DNA of 33,797 nt from Armatimonadia bacterium. Lineage in GTDB: Bacteria; Armatimonadota; Zipacnadia; Zipacnadales; UBA11051. The position numbers were made by a program, and so were the translations under genes. The stretch is from assembly GCA_039683575.1 (NCBI GenBank), contig JBDKRC010000239.1, positions 1 through 33,797 on the forward strand, given 5' to 3'. Positions 1 to 8,256 of this stretch are shown in pieces. The first letter of the stretch is position 1, and the number at the start of each line of letters is the position of its first letter. The notes beneath the pieces are model-generated. The model was not told where the DNA came from. It was given only the letters and a program-made list of their open reading frames with translations, and made no database searches.

Positions 1-369
1 GCCCGCGCCCCCGGGAACGGCAAGAAGGCTCCCTCGAATGAGGGAGCCTTCGTTTCTTGACGTGTTCCGGCCTACGGCGCATGGGCCGGCATGCATAGAG
101 AGGGGCTGGCGCCCCTTCGGGGCTCTAGCGGAGGGGCGCCGCGGCCCAGGGCCTTGCGGCCCTGGCTAGATGCTGACGGCCCTGCGGGCCTGCGGAAGAG
201 AGACAGCGGCCCAGGGCCTTGCGGCCCTGGCTAGTGGCTTACGGCCCTTCGGGCCTGCGGAAGAGAGACAGTGGAGCAAGGGCGGGGGGAGACAGGACGG
301 ACCCGAGGCGGGCTGGAAGCCCGCGCCTCCGGGAACGGCAAGAAGGCTCCCTCGAATGAGGGAGCCCTC
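1..369. repeat. Duplicated hairpin module AAGAAGGCTCCCTCGAATGAGGGAGCC (1..48 and ~319..367)
   Basis: Near-identical ~48-nt copies. Degenerate copies at ~1443..1475 and ~1926..1955. Confidence 0.8.
53..259. repeat. ~207-bp direct repeat copy A (composite of REP-like hairpins)
   Basis: Aligns without gaps to 1477..1683 (offset 1424), about 10 substitutions by eye. Contains two tandem CCAGGGCCTTGCGGCCCTGGCTAG...CGGCCCT(T/G)CGGGCC units. Confidence 0.9.
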
Positions 370-401
370 TTTGTGGATGGATGGGAGGGGAGGAGGTTGG
401 G

Positions 402-488
402 AAAAATGGGGACGGAGCCTTTGCGCGACGGGCGGTTGGCGGGTGCAGGCGAAAGGTGGCGGCGCGCAAAGGCTCCGTCCCCATTTTT
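402..488. repeat. Perfect 26-bp inverted repeat, MITE/REP-like element
   Basis: AAAAATGGGGACGGAGCCTTTGCGCG (402-427) and its exact reverse complement (463-488), 35-nt spacer. Confidence 0.85.
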
Positions 489-617
489 GGCAGTGGCTGG
501 TCGGGGATAACGGCGTGGGCCGGATGCGCGGTGAGGCTGCGCATTCGGCCCCTCCAACGGCGGGGGCGGAGGCGGAGCAGGCTCCCTGGGAGAGGGGAGC
601 CTGCGATTCTGGCAGGG

Positions 618-682
618 GTTCCGGCACACGGAGTGTGCCTACCACGCGTAGAGAGGGTTCCGGCACGCGGAGTGTGCTATGG
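618..682. repeat. Two GTAG-type REP-like hairpins (GGCACACGGAGTGTGCCTAC)
   Basis: GTTCCGGCACACGGAGTGTGCCTACCAC at 618-645 and a degenerate copy at 657-682. Confidence 0.75.
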
Positions 683-688
683 CGGCTA

Positions 689-1366
689 CTAGTTTGTGGC
701 TGCGACGTTGTCTTCGCGGACGGTCCACATGCCTGGTTCGGTGTTCTTGAGCCACTTGGAGTGCCCGTCGCAGAAGGTGTAGTTGGCGCCATCGTTGTGG
801 ACCTTGGGCACACGCGAGCCGCCGCCAACTTCGGTGAACCACAGCGGGTCCGGATTGCCGCTCCAGGCCCCGAAGATCTCGGGGGAAGTGGCATCGCAGA
901 GTATGAGCGTTTCGGCGGGGCGGGGGATGCTGCCCAGGGACGAGCCGGGAAGCGGCTGACTGGCGAAGCCTCCGCGGTTGCTCGTGATGTTGAAGATGAT
1001 GGCGTAGGAGCCATCGAGGGGGCCGGGGAGTTCCGGCGGGCGGCAGGAGGTGTAGGGGGATGCCCACTTGGCGCTGGGGCAGAAGTTGATCTGGCGATTC
1101 TTGATGTATGGCTGGAGCACGTCCATGGGCCAGTAGAGGGGGCTGGAGCCGGCGGCGCCGGTGTAGAAATAGGTCAGGGGCAGTTTCTCATCGAAATCCT
1201 GGGCGTACGAGAGGATCGCGACGCCGATCTGTTTGCAGTTTGACAGGCAGCTTGCCTGGCGCGCCTTCTCGCGGGCTTTGGCGAAGACGGGGAACAGGAT
1301 CGCCGCGAGGATCGCAATGATGGCAATGACCACGAGAAGCTCGATCAACGTGAAGCCGCGTTTCAT
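689..1366 (-). CDS. Prepilin-type N-terminal cleavage/methylation protein, DUF1559 / H-X9-DG family
   Basis: N-terminus [43 protein letters not shown]-terminal [13 protein letters not shown] (H-X9-DG); upstream AAGGGAG RBS. Confidence 0.93.
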   Translation of the reverse strand: MKRGFTLIELLVVIAIIAILAAILFPVFAKAREKARQASCLSNCKQIGVAILSYAQDFDEKLPLTYFYTGAAGSSPLYWPMDVLQPYIKNRQINFCPSAKWASPYTSCRPPELPGPLDGSYAIIFNITSNRGGFASQPLPGSSLGSIPRPAETLILCDATSPEIFGAWSGNPDPLWFTEVGGGSRVPKVHNDGANYTFCDGHSKWLKNTEPGMWTVREDNVAATN

Positions 1367-1476
1367 ATTGTCGTCTCCCTTACTGGTATATGAGTAGAAG
1401 ATTCTGCGAACGAGCGGCCCATTCCTGCAGGTCTGGTATGAAAAGAAACGCTCCCCTGGAAGAAGGGAGGCTTTCC

Positions 1477-1683
1477 TTTCTTGACGTGTTCCGGCGTACG
1501 GCGCATGGGTCGGCCTGCATAGAGAGGGGCTGGCGCCTCTTCGGGGCTCTAACGGAGGGGCGCCGCGGACCAGGGCCTTGCGGCCCTGGCTAGATGCCGA
1601 CGGCCCTTCGGGCCTGCGGAAGAGAGACAGCGGACCAGGGCCTTGCGGCCCTGGCTAGTGGCTGACGGCCCTTCGGGCCTGCG
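1477..1683. repeat. ~207-bp direct repeat copy B
   Basis: Gapless match to 53..259. Confidence 0.9.
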
Positions 1684-1774
1684 AAGGAGAGTGGTACCAG
1701 GCGGTCAGTAGCAGGGCGCTGCAGCGTAAGTAGAGGCGACTTGGGCCGAGCGCTATGCGGACGCGGGGAGACGA

Positions 1775-1860
1775 CGGGTGACCCCGTTGGGGTCCGGAGA
1801 GGGGGTGGGCCCGCACCAGGGGTTTCACCCCTGGCTATATTCGGTGACCCCTTCGGGGTC
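1775..1860. repeat. REP-like multi-hairpin element
   Basis: GACCCCGTTGGGGTC ... CCAGGGGTTTCACCCCTGG ... GACCCCTTCGGGGTC palindromes. Confidence 0.7.
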
Positions 1861-2019
1861 AAACAGCGGGTGAGCAAGAGGAAGTCGGGCGACCGGAGTG
1901 GGTGAGGCACTTGTCAGAGTACGCGAAGAAGGCCCCCTCGATTGGGGAGCCTTTCTTTTCATGTACTTGTTCCGGCACACGGGGGGCCAAGGCGAGGCGG
2001 TAATGGCAGCGGCCGGGGT

Positions 2020-2165
<146 letters not shown>

Positions 2166-2236
2166 GGACGGCAGAGGCGAGAGCCAACGGCCAGGCGTGG
2201 GGGCCTGGCCGTTGGGATTGTCGCCATGCGGAGAGG

Positions 2237-3580
2237 CTAGAGGACCGGCAGGTAGCGCTTGATCTCGTAGTCGGTGACCTGTTTGCGCCACTGGTCCCAC
2301 TCGACCTTCTTGTTCTCGATGAGCTTCTGGTGCATCTCCTCACCCAGGCCCTTCTTGAGGACCTCGCTGCCCTCGGCGAGCTCAATGGCGCTAAGGAGGT
2401 CTGAGGGCAGGGTGCCGATGTTGCGTGCCTTGCGCTGCTGCTCGTCGAACTTGTACACGTTCTCCTGAGTCGGCGGCGGGCACTCGTACTCATTCTCGAT
2501 GCCCTCAAGCCCTGCGGCCAGCATTACGGCGAACGCCAGGTAGGGGTTGCAGGCGGGGTCCGGAGCGCGGTACTCGATGCGGGTGCTCTCTTCCTTGCCG
2601 GGCGCGTACTGCGGCACGCGGATGAGGTCAGAGCGGTTGCGCAGCGCCCATGAGAGGTACACAGGGGCCTCGTAGCCCGGTACCAGCCGTTTGTAGGAGT
2701 TGATCCACTGGTTCGTCACGAGCGTGATTTCCGGCCCGTGGCGCAGCAGCCCAGCGATGTAGTGGTAGCATTCCTTGGACAGGAAACGGGGGTCTTCGGC
2801 GTTGAAGAACGCATTGCTATCGCCTTTGAAGAGCGACTGGTGGACGTGCATGCCGCTGCCATTCTCGCCGAAGATCGGCTTGGGCATGAAGGTCGCGTAC
2901 AGGCCGTGGCGCATGGCCACTTCCTTGACCGTGATGCGGTACGTCATGCAGGCATCGGCCATCGAGAGCCCGTCAGTGTACCGCAGGTCAATCTCATGCT
3001 GCGATGGGGCTACCTCGTGGTGGCTGTACTCGACGTCCACACCCATGGCCTCAAGCGCGACGATGGTCTCGCGGCGCAGATCCATGGCCATGTCATTGGC
3101 CGTCATATCGAAGTACCCGCCAGTGTCGAGAGCCTCGGGGGTCGAGGAGTTGGGGAAATAGAAGTACTCCAGCTCCGGGCCGACATAGAAAGCATAGCCC
3201 TGGTCGGCAGCGCGTTTGAGCTGGCGCTTGAGCACATAGCGCGGATCGGCGTTGAAGGGCTCCCCAGTGGGCTGATAGATATCGCAGTACATCCGGCCGA
3301 CGGAACCATACTCGTCGGTGCTGCGCCAGGGCAGGACGACGAAGGTGGAGGCGTCGGGTATGGCGATCATGTCGCTTTCGTCGATGCGGACGAAGCCATC
3401 AATGGACGACCCGTCAAAGCCGCGGCCATTGATCATGGAATCTTCGAGCTCGGTCACAGTGATCGAGAAGCTCTTCAGATAACCCAGAATGTCAGTGAAC
3501 CACAGCTTGATGAACCGGACGTTGTTGGACTTAGCCTGCTCCAACACATACTCAATGGCTTCGGGGCTGTTAAACTGCAT
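2237..3580 (-). CDS. glnA: Glutamine synthetase type I (GSI-alpha-like, ~447 aa)
   Basis: Motifs FDGSSI, GPELEY, HHEVAPSQHEI, TFMPKP, NGSGMHVHQSL, NSYKRLVPGYEAP, RIEYRAPDPACNPY. Start placed at ATG 3580 behind GAGGAGG (3583 is an alternative). Confidence 0.96.
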   Translation of the reverse strand: MQFNSPEAIEYVLEQAKSNNVRFIKLWFTDILGYLKSFSITVTELEDSMINGRGFDGSSIDGFVRIDESDMIAIPDASTFVVLPWRSTDEYGSVGRMYCDIYQPTGEPFNADPRYVLKRQLKRAADQGYAFYVGPELEYFYFPNSSTPEALDTGGYFDMTANDMAMDLRRETIVALEAMGVDVEYSHHEVAPSQHEIDLRYTDGLSMADACMTYRITVKEVAMRHGLYATFMPKPIFGENGSGMHVHQSLFKGDSNAFFNAEDPRFLSKECYHYIAGLLRHGPEITLVTNQWINSYKRLVPGYEAPVYLSWALRNRSDLIRVPQYAPGKEESTRIEYRAPDPACNPYLAFAVMLAAGLEGIENEYECPPPTQENVYKFDEQQRKARNIGTLPSDLLSAIELAEGSEVLKKGLGEEMHQKLIENKKVEWDQWRKQVTDYEIKRYLPVL

Positions 3581-3690
3581 CATGTCCTCCTCGGGGCTGG
3601 ATAACGCGCAACACGCCCGGCGGAGGGTCGGGCGCATCAGTCACAGACATCAAAATAGCGGGGGAATGTTACACAGATGTTTCGCGGGGC

Positions 3691-3732
3691 AAAAAAAGCA
3701 GGACGGGCCGGCAAAATGTTTGCCGGCCCGTC
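3691..3732 (-). terminator. Intrinsic terminator between the dehydrogenase and glnA
   Basis: Stem GACGGGCCGGCAAA/TTTGCCGGCCCGTC followed on the minus strand by a T7 run. Confidence 0.75.
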
Positions 3733-3900
3733 AAGGGGGATGCGCCGAATGGCGGCGCAGTCCAGAAGCAAGGTCTGATTTCGTGGATAGAGGTGCGTGT
3801 ATTGTTGTGGCTGAGGTGCGGCTGGGGTTACAGGGATGCTACTGTGGACCTTCAGCGAATATGACCACTATCCCGCCTGAAAGGTTCCACAGCTAGATAA

Positions 3901-4761
3901 CTACCATCCAAGGAGCTTCACCAGGCCCTGAGTGCCAAGGTCGCCGAGCCCCTCCGTCGTGGCCTCGCCAAAGAGGCGCGTGGCTAGCGCCGTCCCCTCG
4001 TAGTCGGCTGGCAGTTCGGCCATCGTGCCAGAGGCGATATTGAGGTCCTTGGCCTGCAGGCGGATCATGAAGCCGGGGGCGAAGTCGTTGGCGATCATCT
4101 TCGGGCCAAGGTTCGCCAGCATCCAGCTCGCTGCCGCGCCACTGGACACGACCTGATGGACGGTCTCCAGGTCGAGGCCCATTTGCTTGGCGAAGAGCAT
4201 GCCTTCGGAGCAGGCGAGGATGTTGAGGGCGCAGATGACCTGATTGACGGCTTTGACGCGCTGGCCGTTGCCCTGGGCGCCGCAGTAGACGAGGTTCTTG
4301 CCCATGGCCTCGAAGTAGGGGCGGACGCGGTCGAAGACGGGCTGTTCGCCGCCGACCATGATAGCGAGAGTGGCGTTGACGGCCCCAAGTTGCCCGCCGG
4401 AGACGGGGGCGTCGAGGTAGTCACAGCCGAGATCGTTGATCCGGCGGGCGAAATCAACGGTGGCCTCGGGGGAGATGGTGGAGTGGTCCACGATGGTCTT
4501 GCCGGGGCAGAGGGCAGAGGCGAGGGCGTTGTCGGCGAAGAGCACGGCTTCGACGTCGGGGGTGTCGGCGACGCAGATGAAGATGATATCGCAGGCGCCG
4601 GCGAGTTCGGGGAGGGTGTCAGCGACGGTGGCACCGAAGGCCACGGCATCGCGAGTCTTTTCACGGGTGCGGTTATAGACCATGACCGAGTGGCCGGCCT
4701 TGAGGAGGTTTTGGGCCATGGGGGAGCCCATGATGCCCATGCCGATGAAGCCGAGTTGCAT
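3901..4761 (-). CDS. NAD(P)-dependent beta-hydroxyacid dehydrogenase (2-hydroxy-3-oxopropionate reductase / 3-hydroxyisobutyrate dehydrogenase family)
   Basis: GFIGMGIMGSPMA Rossmann motif, LDAPVSGG, catalytic K in VKAVNQ, FMIRLQAKDL. Start at ATG 4761 with AAAGGA RBS. Confidence 0.92.
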   Translation of the reverse strand: MQLGFIGMGIMGSPMAQNLLKAGHSVMVYNRTREKTRDAVAFGATVADTLPELAGACDIIFICVADTPDVEAVLFADNALASALCPGKTIVDHSTISPEATVDFARRINDLGCDYLDAPVSGGQLGAVNATLAIMVGGEQPVFDRVRPYFEAMGKNLVYCGAQGNGQRVKAVNQVICALNILACSEGMLFAKQMGLDLETVHQVVSSGAAASWMLANLGPKMIANDFAPGFMIRLQAKDLNIASGTMAELPADYEGTALATRLFGEATTEGLGDLGTQGLVKLLGW

Positions 4762-4834
4762 TTGGTGGGAAGGTCCTTTCGGAGGGAAGTGTCGGGGGGG
4801 AGATTTCAGCGGGGGAGGGGAGGAGACCTTCATC

Positions 4835-4862
4835 TTGACTATGTAACTAATATAGTTACAAT
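4835..4862 (+). promoter_or_regulatory. sigma70-like promoter (TTGACT-N16-TACAAT) overlapped by palindrome TGTAACTA-N3-TAGTTACA
   Basis: AT-rich island directly upstream of the wHTH-MNT ATG; perfect 8-bp inverted repeat at 4842..4860. Confidence 0.65.
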
Positions 4863-4872
4863 AGATACTGTT

Positions 4873-5460
4873 ATGATTACAGAGACTCGACCGCTACCGA
4901 TGCTGTTGGGAAAGACGCGCAGCGCCATTTTGGGGTTGCTGTTTGGGCATGTAGAGGCTGAGTATCACCTGCGGGAGATTGTGCGAGTGGCGCAGGTGGG
5001 GCTAGGGCCGGCGCAGCGCGAACTGGCGCAACTTGTGGCGGCGGGGCTGGTGACGCGGCGGAAGTTGGCGAATCTGGTGCTGTACCGGGCGGACCCGCAG
5101 TCGCCGGTGTGTGCCGAGATCAGGGCGGTGGTGATGAAGGGCATGGGCGTGGCGGGGGAGTTGGCGGAGGCGCTGGGGCCGTTGCGGGAGCGGATCGAGG
5201 TGGCTTTCATCTATGGGTCGGTGGCGGAGGGGAGAGAGACGGCGGGGAGTGACGTGGATCTGGTGGTGATAGGCGACGTGAGGCTGGAGGAGGTTGTTGA
5301 GGCGCTATACGAGGCGCAGGAGCAAGTGGGGAGGGAGATCAGTCCGGTGGTGTACAGCCGGGACGAGGTGGAGGAGCGGTTGCGGCGGAAGGATCATTTT
5401 GTGACGGCGGTTTGGCGAGGGGCGAAGGTGTTTGTGGTTGGGGATGAGCAACTATTGTGA
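4873..5460 (+). CDS. Winged-HTH + minimal nucleotidyltransferase (MNT, antitoxin-like)
   Basis: N-terminal HTH (YHLREIVRVAQVGLGPAQRELAQL); Pol-beta-type motif YGSVAEGRETAGSDVDLVVI. The part of the tracked ORF upstream of 4873 is antisense shadow. Confidence 0.88.
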   Translation: MITETRPLPMLLGKTRSAILGLLFGHVEAEYHLREIVRVAQVGLGPAQRELAQLVAAGLVTRRKLANLVLYRADPQSPVCAEIRAVVMKGMGVAGELAEALGPLRERIEVAFIYGSVAEGRETAGSDVDLVVIGDVRLEEVVEALYEAQEQVGREISPVVYSRDEVEERLRRKDHFVTAVWRGAKVFVVGDEQLL

Positions 5461-5474
5461 AACGACGGCCGTCC

Positions 5475-5500
5475 GAGCGGGCAGGATGCCCGCGCTCCCA
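5475..5500. repeat. REP-like hairpin GCGGGCAGGATGCCCGC
   Basis: Same palindrome as at ~2055 and ~9369. Confidence 0.75.
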
Positions 5501-5554
5501 GCGAACGGCTCTGAGGCGCCACCATGCCGGTTGCAGACGAGAAGGGGATAGCCG

Positions 5555-6358
5555 ATGTCAGACATGATTTCGCTGTCGAAGCTATTGCATCCACAGCTTC
5601 GTGACAAATGTATGCTTCTCTTCTCTCAGGAGCACTTCATCGAGGCTGCTCGAGATGCCGTCGTGCTTGTAGAGGATGAGCTGCGGCGAAAGGCTGGCTG
5701 CACGTCACACTACTACGGCGTGAAGCTCGTGGATCATGTTTTCGGCAAGGAAGACCCGGTCAGGCTGCGGACCGTTCTGGATGCGGAACGGCATAGGGCG
5801 GCGGAGCAATTCTTCAAGGGCACGTTTGCATACTACCGCAATTACGTCATGCATCATGCGTCAGGCATTCATAGAGACAAGTGCGCGACGGTACTGGTAG
5901 TGGCAAGTGAACTGCTGTGGCTAGTAGGGGCAGGCGTTTCGGTGTTCAAAGGCGAGGAGACCCTGAATCAACTGATTTGCACGGGTCAGATCGACAGCGC
6001 AAGACAATTGGGAATGCTACTGCAATATCTGGATGGCCGAATTCTGCCAGACGAGGTATATGACGGGATGTTTGAGATGTTGGCAGACAATCACGTGCCG
6101 ACGGAGGTTTTCGAATTGGTACATGACCTTGGACTGGTGGAGTGGACGCGGCGTGATGTTGTTGAACCCGCCGATCAAGCGCTTGGTGGGTATCCGACTG
6201 AGCTCATTGATATTGCGGAACTAACGGACGATGGCCGGGAAATGCTGCGCCTTTGCGCCGAAAGGCAGCCATTTCAAAAGCTGGATGCATTTCGTTCCGC
6301 GGGATTGAACTTCGCCTTCGGGCGGAGTGGCCGTCGAGACGTCGGTAGCACTTCTTAG
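5555..6358 (+). CDS. TIGR02391/Ymh-like (HEPN-fold) protein with uncharacterised C-terminal domain
   Basis: LHPQL...F..EHFIEAARDA...VED..R, GVKLVDHVF, FFKGTFAYYRNYVMH (Rx4H at 5837..5854). Visibly lower GC than neighbouring genes. Confidence 0.72.
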   Translation: MSDMISLSKLLHPQLRDKCMLLFSQEHFIEAARDAVVLVEDELRRKAGCTSHYYGVKLVDHVFGKEDPVRLRTVLDAERHRAAEQFFKGTFAYYRNYVMHHASGIHRDKCATVLVVASELLWLVGAGVSVFKGEETLNQLICTGQIDSARQLGMLLQYLDGRILPDEVYDGMFEMLADNHVPTEVFELVHDLGLVEWTRRDVVEPADQALGGYPTELIDIAELTDDGREMLRLCAERQPFQKLDAFRSAGLNFAFGRSGRRDVGSTS

Positions 6359-6373
6359 GCCGAAGGACAAGAC

Positions 6374-7945
6374 ATGATAACCGACTGCAACACATTGTTC
6401 GGCTATTGGCAGAAGGATACGCAGGATCGGTCGGTTGAGCGGCTCTCGCACATCATGCGGACCAATGGGATTGAGCGGGCTCTGACTTGCTCGGGGCGAG
6501 GGGTTTGGGATGACTTCGTAGAGGGCAATGAGGAGACGCTGCGGGTCTGCGCAGAGCATCCCGAACTGCTGCCGGTGGGGACGGTGCGGCCGGGGGACTA
6601 CTACCGGTGCGTGGAGGAGATTGGGTCGCTGCGGGGGCGAGGGTTCCGGATGGTGCGGTTGTTTCCGGCGACGCAGGGGTGGGGTGTGGGGAGTCTGGGG
6701 TTCCGAAGGCTCCTGGAGGCGCTGGTGGAGAGTGAGTTGCCGGTCTTCATTGATAACGGCTATGACAGTACGGGGTTGATTGCGCCGTTGGTGGACTATT
6801 TCCAGGGGACTGAGGTGCCGCTGATCTTCAGCGGGGTGTCGTATGGGTTTGGGGAGTTTCTGGCGGCGTGTGAGGTCTATGAGCACTGTTACATGGATAC
6901 CTGGCAGTCGTTTTTGCTGAATCAGATCGAGTTGGTGCGGGATGCGGCAGGGATTGGGCGGGTGCTGCTCGGGACTAAGGCACCGTTTGAGATGCCTGGG
7001 CCGTGCCTGGAGATGGTGCGGCATGGGCGGCTGACGGAGGAGGAGAAGGCAGCGGTCCTGGCGGGGAATGTGGGGAGGCTGATGGGGGAATCGGGAATGG
7101 GGAATGGGGAATCGGGGGAGAGTGCGGCGGCACGTGTGGATCAAGCTTCGGGCAGGCGGGGCATGTGTGGCAGGGGAGACGAGGCTAGTTCCGGCATGCG
7201 GAGCATGCCTACCACGCGTTTGATTGACGTTCATGCGCACTATGGGCCCTGGGTGGGGTTGCCGAATCCGTATGTGGGGATTGAGGACTTGGTGGGGACT
7301 TGCGAGCGGTATGGAATCGAGCATATTTGCCTGTCGAGCACGCTGGCGATTGGGTATGACATGGTGGAGGGGAATGCGCGGCTGGCGGCGGCGATTGAGG
7401 GACGGGAGGGGCTGCATGGGTATGTGGTGATCCATCCTGGGTATGCGGCGGAGTCGCTGGCGCAGATGAAGGAGTACTTCCAGAACCCGCAGTTCGTGGG
7501 GGCGAAGCTGCACCCGAAGCATGCGGGGTATCAGATAGATTGTGACGAGGCGCGGCCGCTGCTGGAGTACCTGGTCGAGGTGGGGAAGCCGCTGCTGGAG
7601 CATACGTGGTTTGACGAGATGTGCCTCGCGACGGGGAACGCGGCGGACTTGTTTCCGGAGTTGGTGGTCATCATGGGCCACATGGGCGGGGATACGTGGG
7701 AGAAGGCGCTGGAGGTAGCGGCAGAGCGGCCGAACGTGTATCTGGAGCTATGCTCGGGGCTGTCGCCGTGGGGGAAGCTGGAGCGGGCGGTGGCGATGGT
7801 CGGGGCGGAGAGACTACTGTTTGGGACCGACCTGACGCTGCTGGAGCCCGGGTATACGCTGGGGCTGGTGACGGGGGCGGAGATAGGGGAGAGGGCGAAG
7901 CGGATGATTTTGTATGAGAATGGGAAGCGGCTGATGGGGTTCTAG
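6374..7945 (+). CDS. Two-domain amidohydrolase (amidohydro_2-type TIM barrels)
   Basis: Domain 1 begins ITDCNTLFG and ends RVLLGTKAPF. Domain 2 has IDVHAH, GAKLHP, LEHT, MGHMGG, RLLFGTD, ILYENGKRL. Confidence 0.88.
   Translation: MITDCNTLFGYWQKDTQDRSVERLSHIMRTNGIERALTCSGRGVWDDFVEGNEETLRVCAEHPELLPVGTVRPGDYYRCVEEIGSLRGRGFRMVRLFPATQGWGVGSLGFRRLLEALVESELPVFIDNGYDSTGLIAPLVDYFQGTEVPLIFSGVSYGFGEFLAACEVYEHCYMDTWQSFLLNQIELVRDAAGIGRVLLGTKAPFEMPGPCLEMVRHGRLTEEEKAAVLAGNVGRLMGESGMGNGESGESAAARVDQASGRRGMCGRGDEASSGMRSMPTTRLIDVHAHYGPWVGLPNPYVGIEDLVGTCERYGIEHICLSSTLAIGYDMVEGNARLAAAIEGREGLHGYVVIHPGYAAESLAQMKEYFQNPQFVGAKLHPKHAGYQIDCDEARPLLEYLVEVGKPLLEHTWFDEMCLATGNAADLFPELVVIMGHMGGDTWEKALEVAAERPNVYLELCSGLSPWGKLERAVAMVGAERLLFGTDLTLLEPGYTLGLVTGAEIGERAKRMILYENGKRLMGF
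7086..7113 (+). repeat. (GGGAATS)x4 heptamer tandem repeat inside the amidohydrolase linker
   Basis: GGGAATC GGGAATG GGGAATG GGGAATC read directly. Confidence 0.8.
7188..7219. repeat. Intragenic REP copy (variant of 618..649)
   Basis: GTTCCGGCATGCGGAGCATGCCTACCACGCGT versus GTTCCGGCACACGGAGTGTGCCTACCACGCGT. Confidence 0.85.
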
Positions 7946-7949
7946 GAGC

Positions 7950-8186
7950 TCAGGCGGCATCGGGCAGCGTAATGACCTCGACCTCGGCACCGCGCCGGCG
8001 AGCATCGTCCGCAAGCTGTTCAAGCTTTTGGGTAGTCTCGTCAGAGAACCATTGCTCGCCACAGCGCGAGCAGACGAGCGCGGGGACGTTACGGACGACG
8101 AGGACGCCGGTACCCAATTCGACGGCGAAGAGGACTCTCTCGGGCTGCATCGTGCCGCCGCAGACGGTAAGACCGCACTTGGTCAT
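7950..8186 (-). CDS. YgiT-type zinc finger protein (MqsA N-terminal-like)
   Basis: C..xxCGG ... VVRNVPALVCSRCGEQWF, 78 aa. Confidence 0.85.
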   Translation of the reverse strand: MTKCGLTVCGGTMQPERVLFAVELGTGVLVVRNVPALVCSRCGEQWFSDETTQKLEQLADDARRRGAEVEVITLPDAA

Positions 8187-8256
8187 GTTGAGCTCTACCG
8201 AACCGTTTCCTCGTGATTGACTTCATCCAGACTATACCCCACATAGCCCCGCCTCG

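Noticed and set aside
140-270. Tandem ~65-nt repeats as a CRISPR array
   Set aside because: Only two units per locus, the intervening sequence is also conserved (no unique spacers), and there are no cas genes; REP-like instead.
166-1243. Long ORFs 166..1014(-) and 170..1243(+)
   Set aside because: They run through palindromic repeats and overlap the convincing prepilin gene; low-complexity translations typical of GC-rich shadow frames.
53-1683. Direct repeat pair as DGR template/variable repeats
   Set aside because: Mismatches are not adenine-specific, both copies are non-coding, and no reverse transcriptase is present.
3585-3900. Glutamine riboswitch or attenuator upstream of glnA
   Set aside because: No recognisable glnA-motif structure; the hairpin is adequately explained as the terminator of the upstream gene. 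An Infernal/Rfam scan would settle it.
4156-4872. N-terminal extension making a 434-aa MNT protein
   Set aside because: Antisense to the dehydrogenase and crosses the promoter; the domain begins at ATG 4873.
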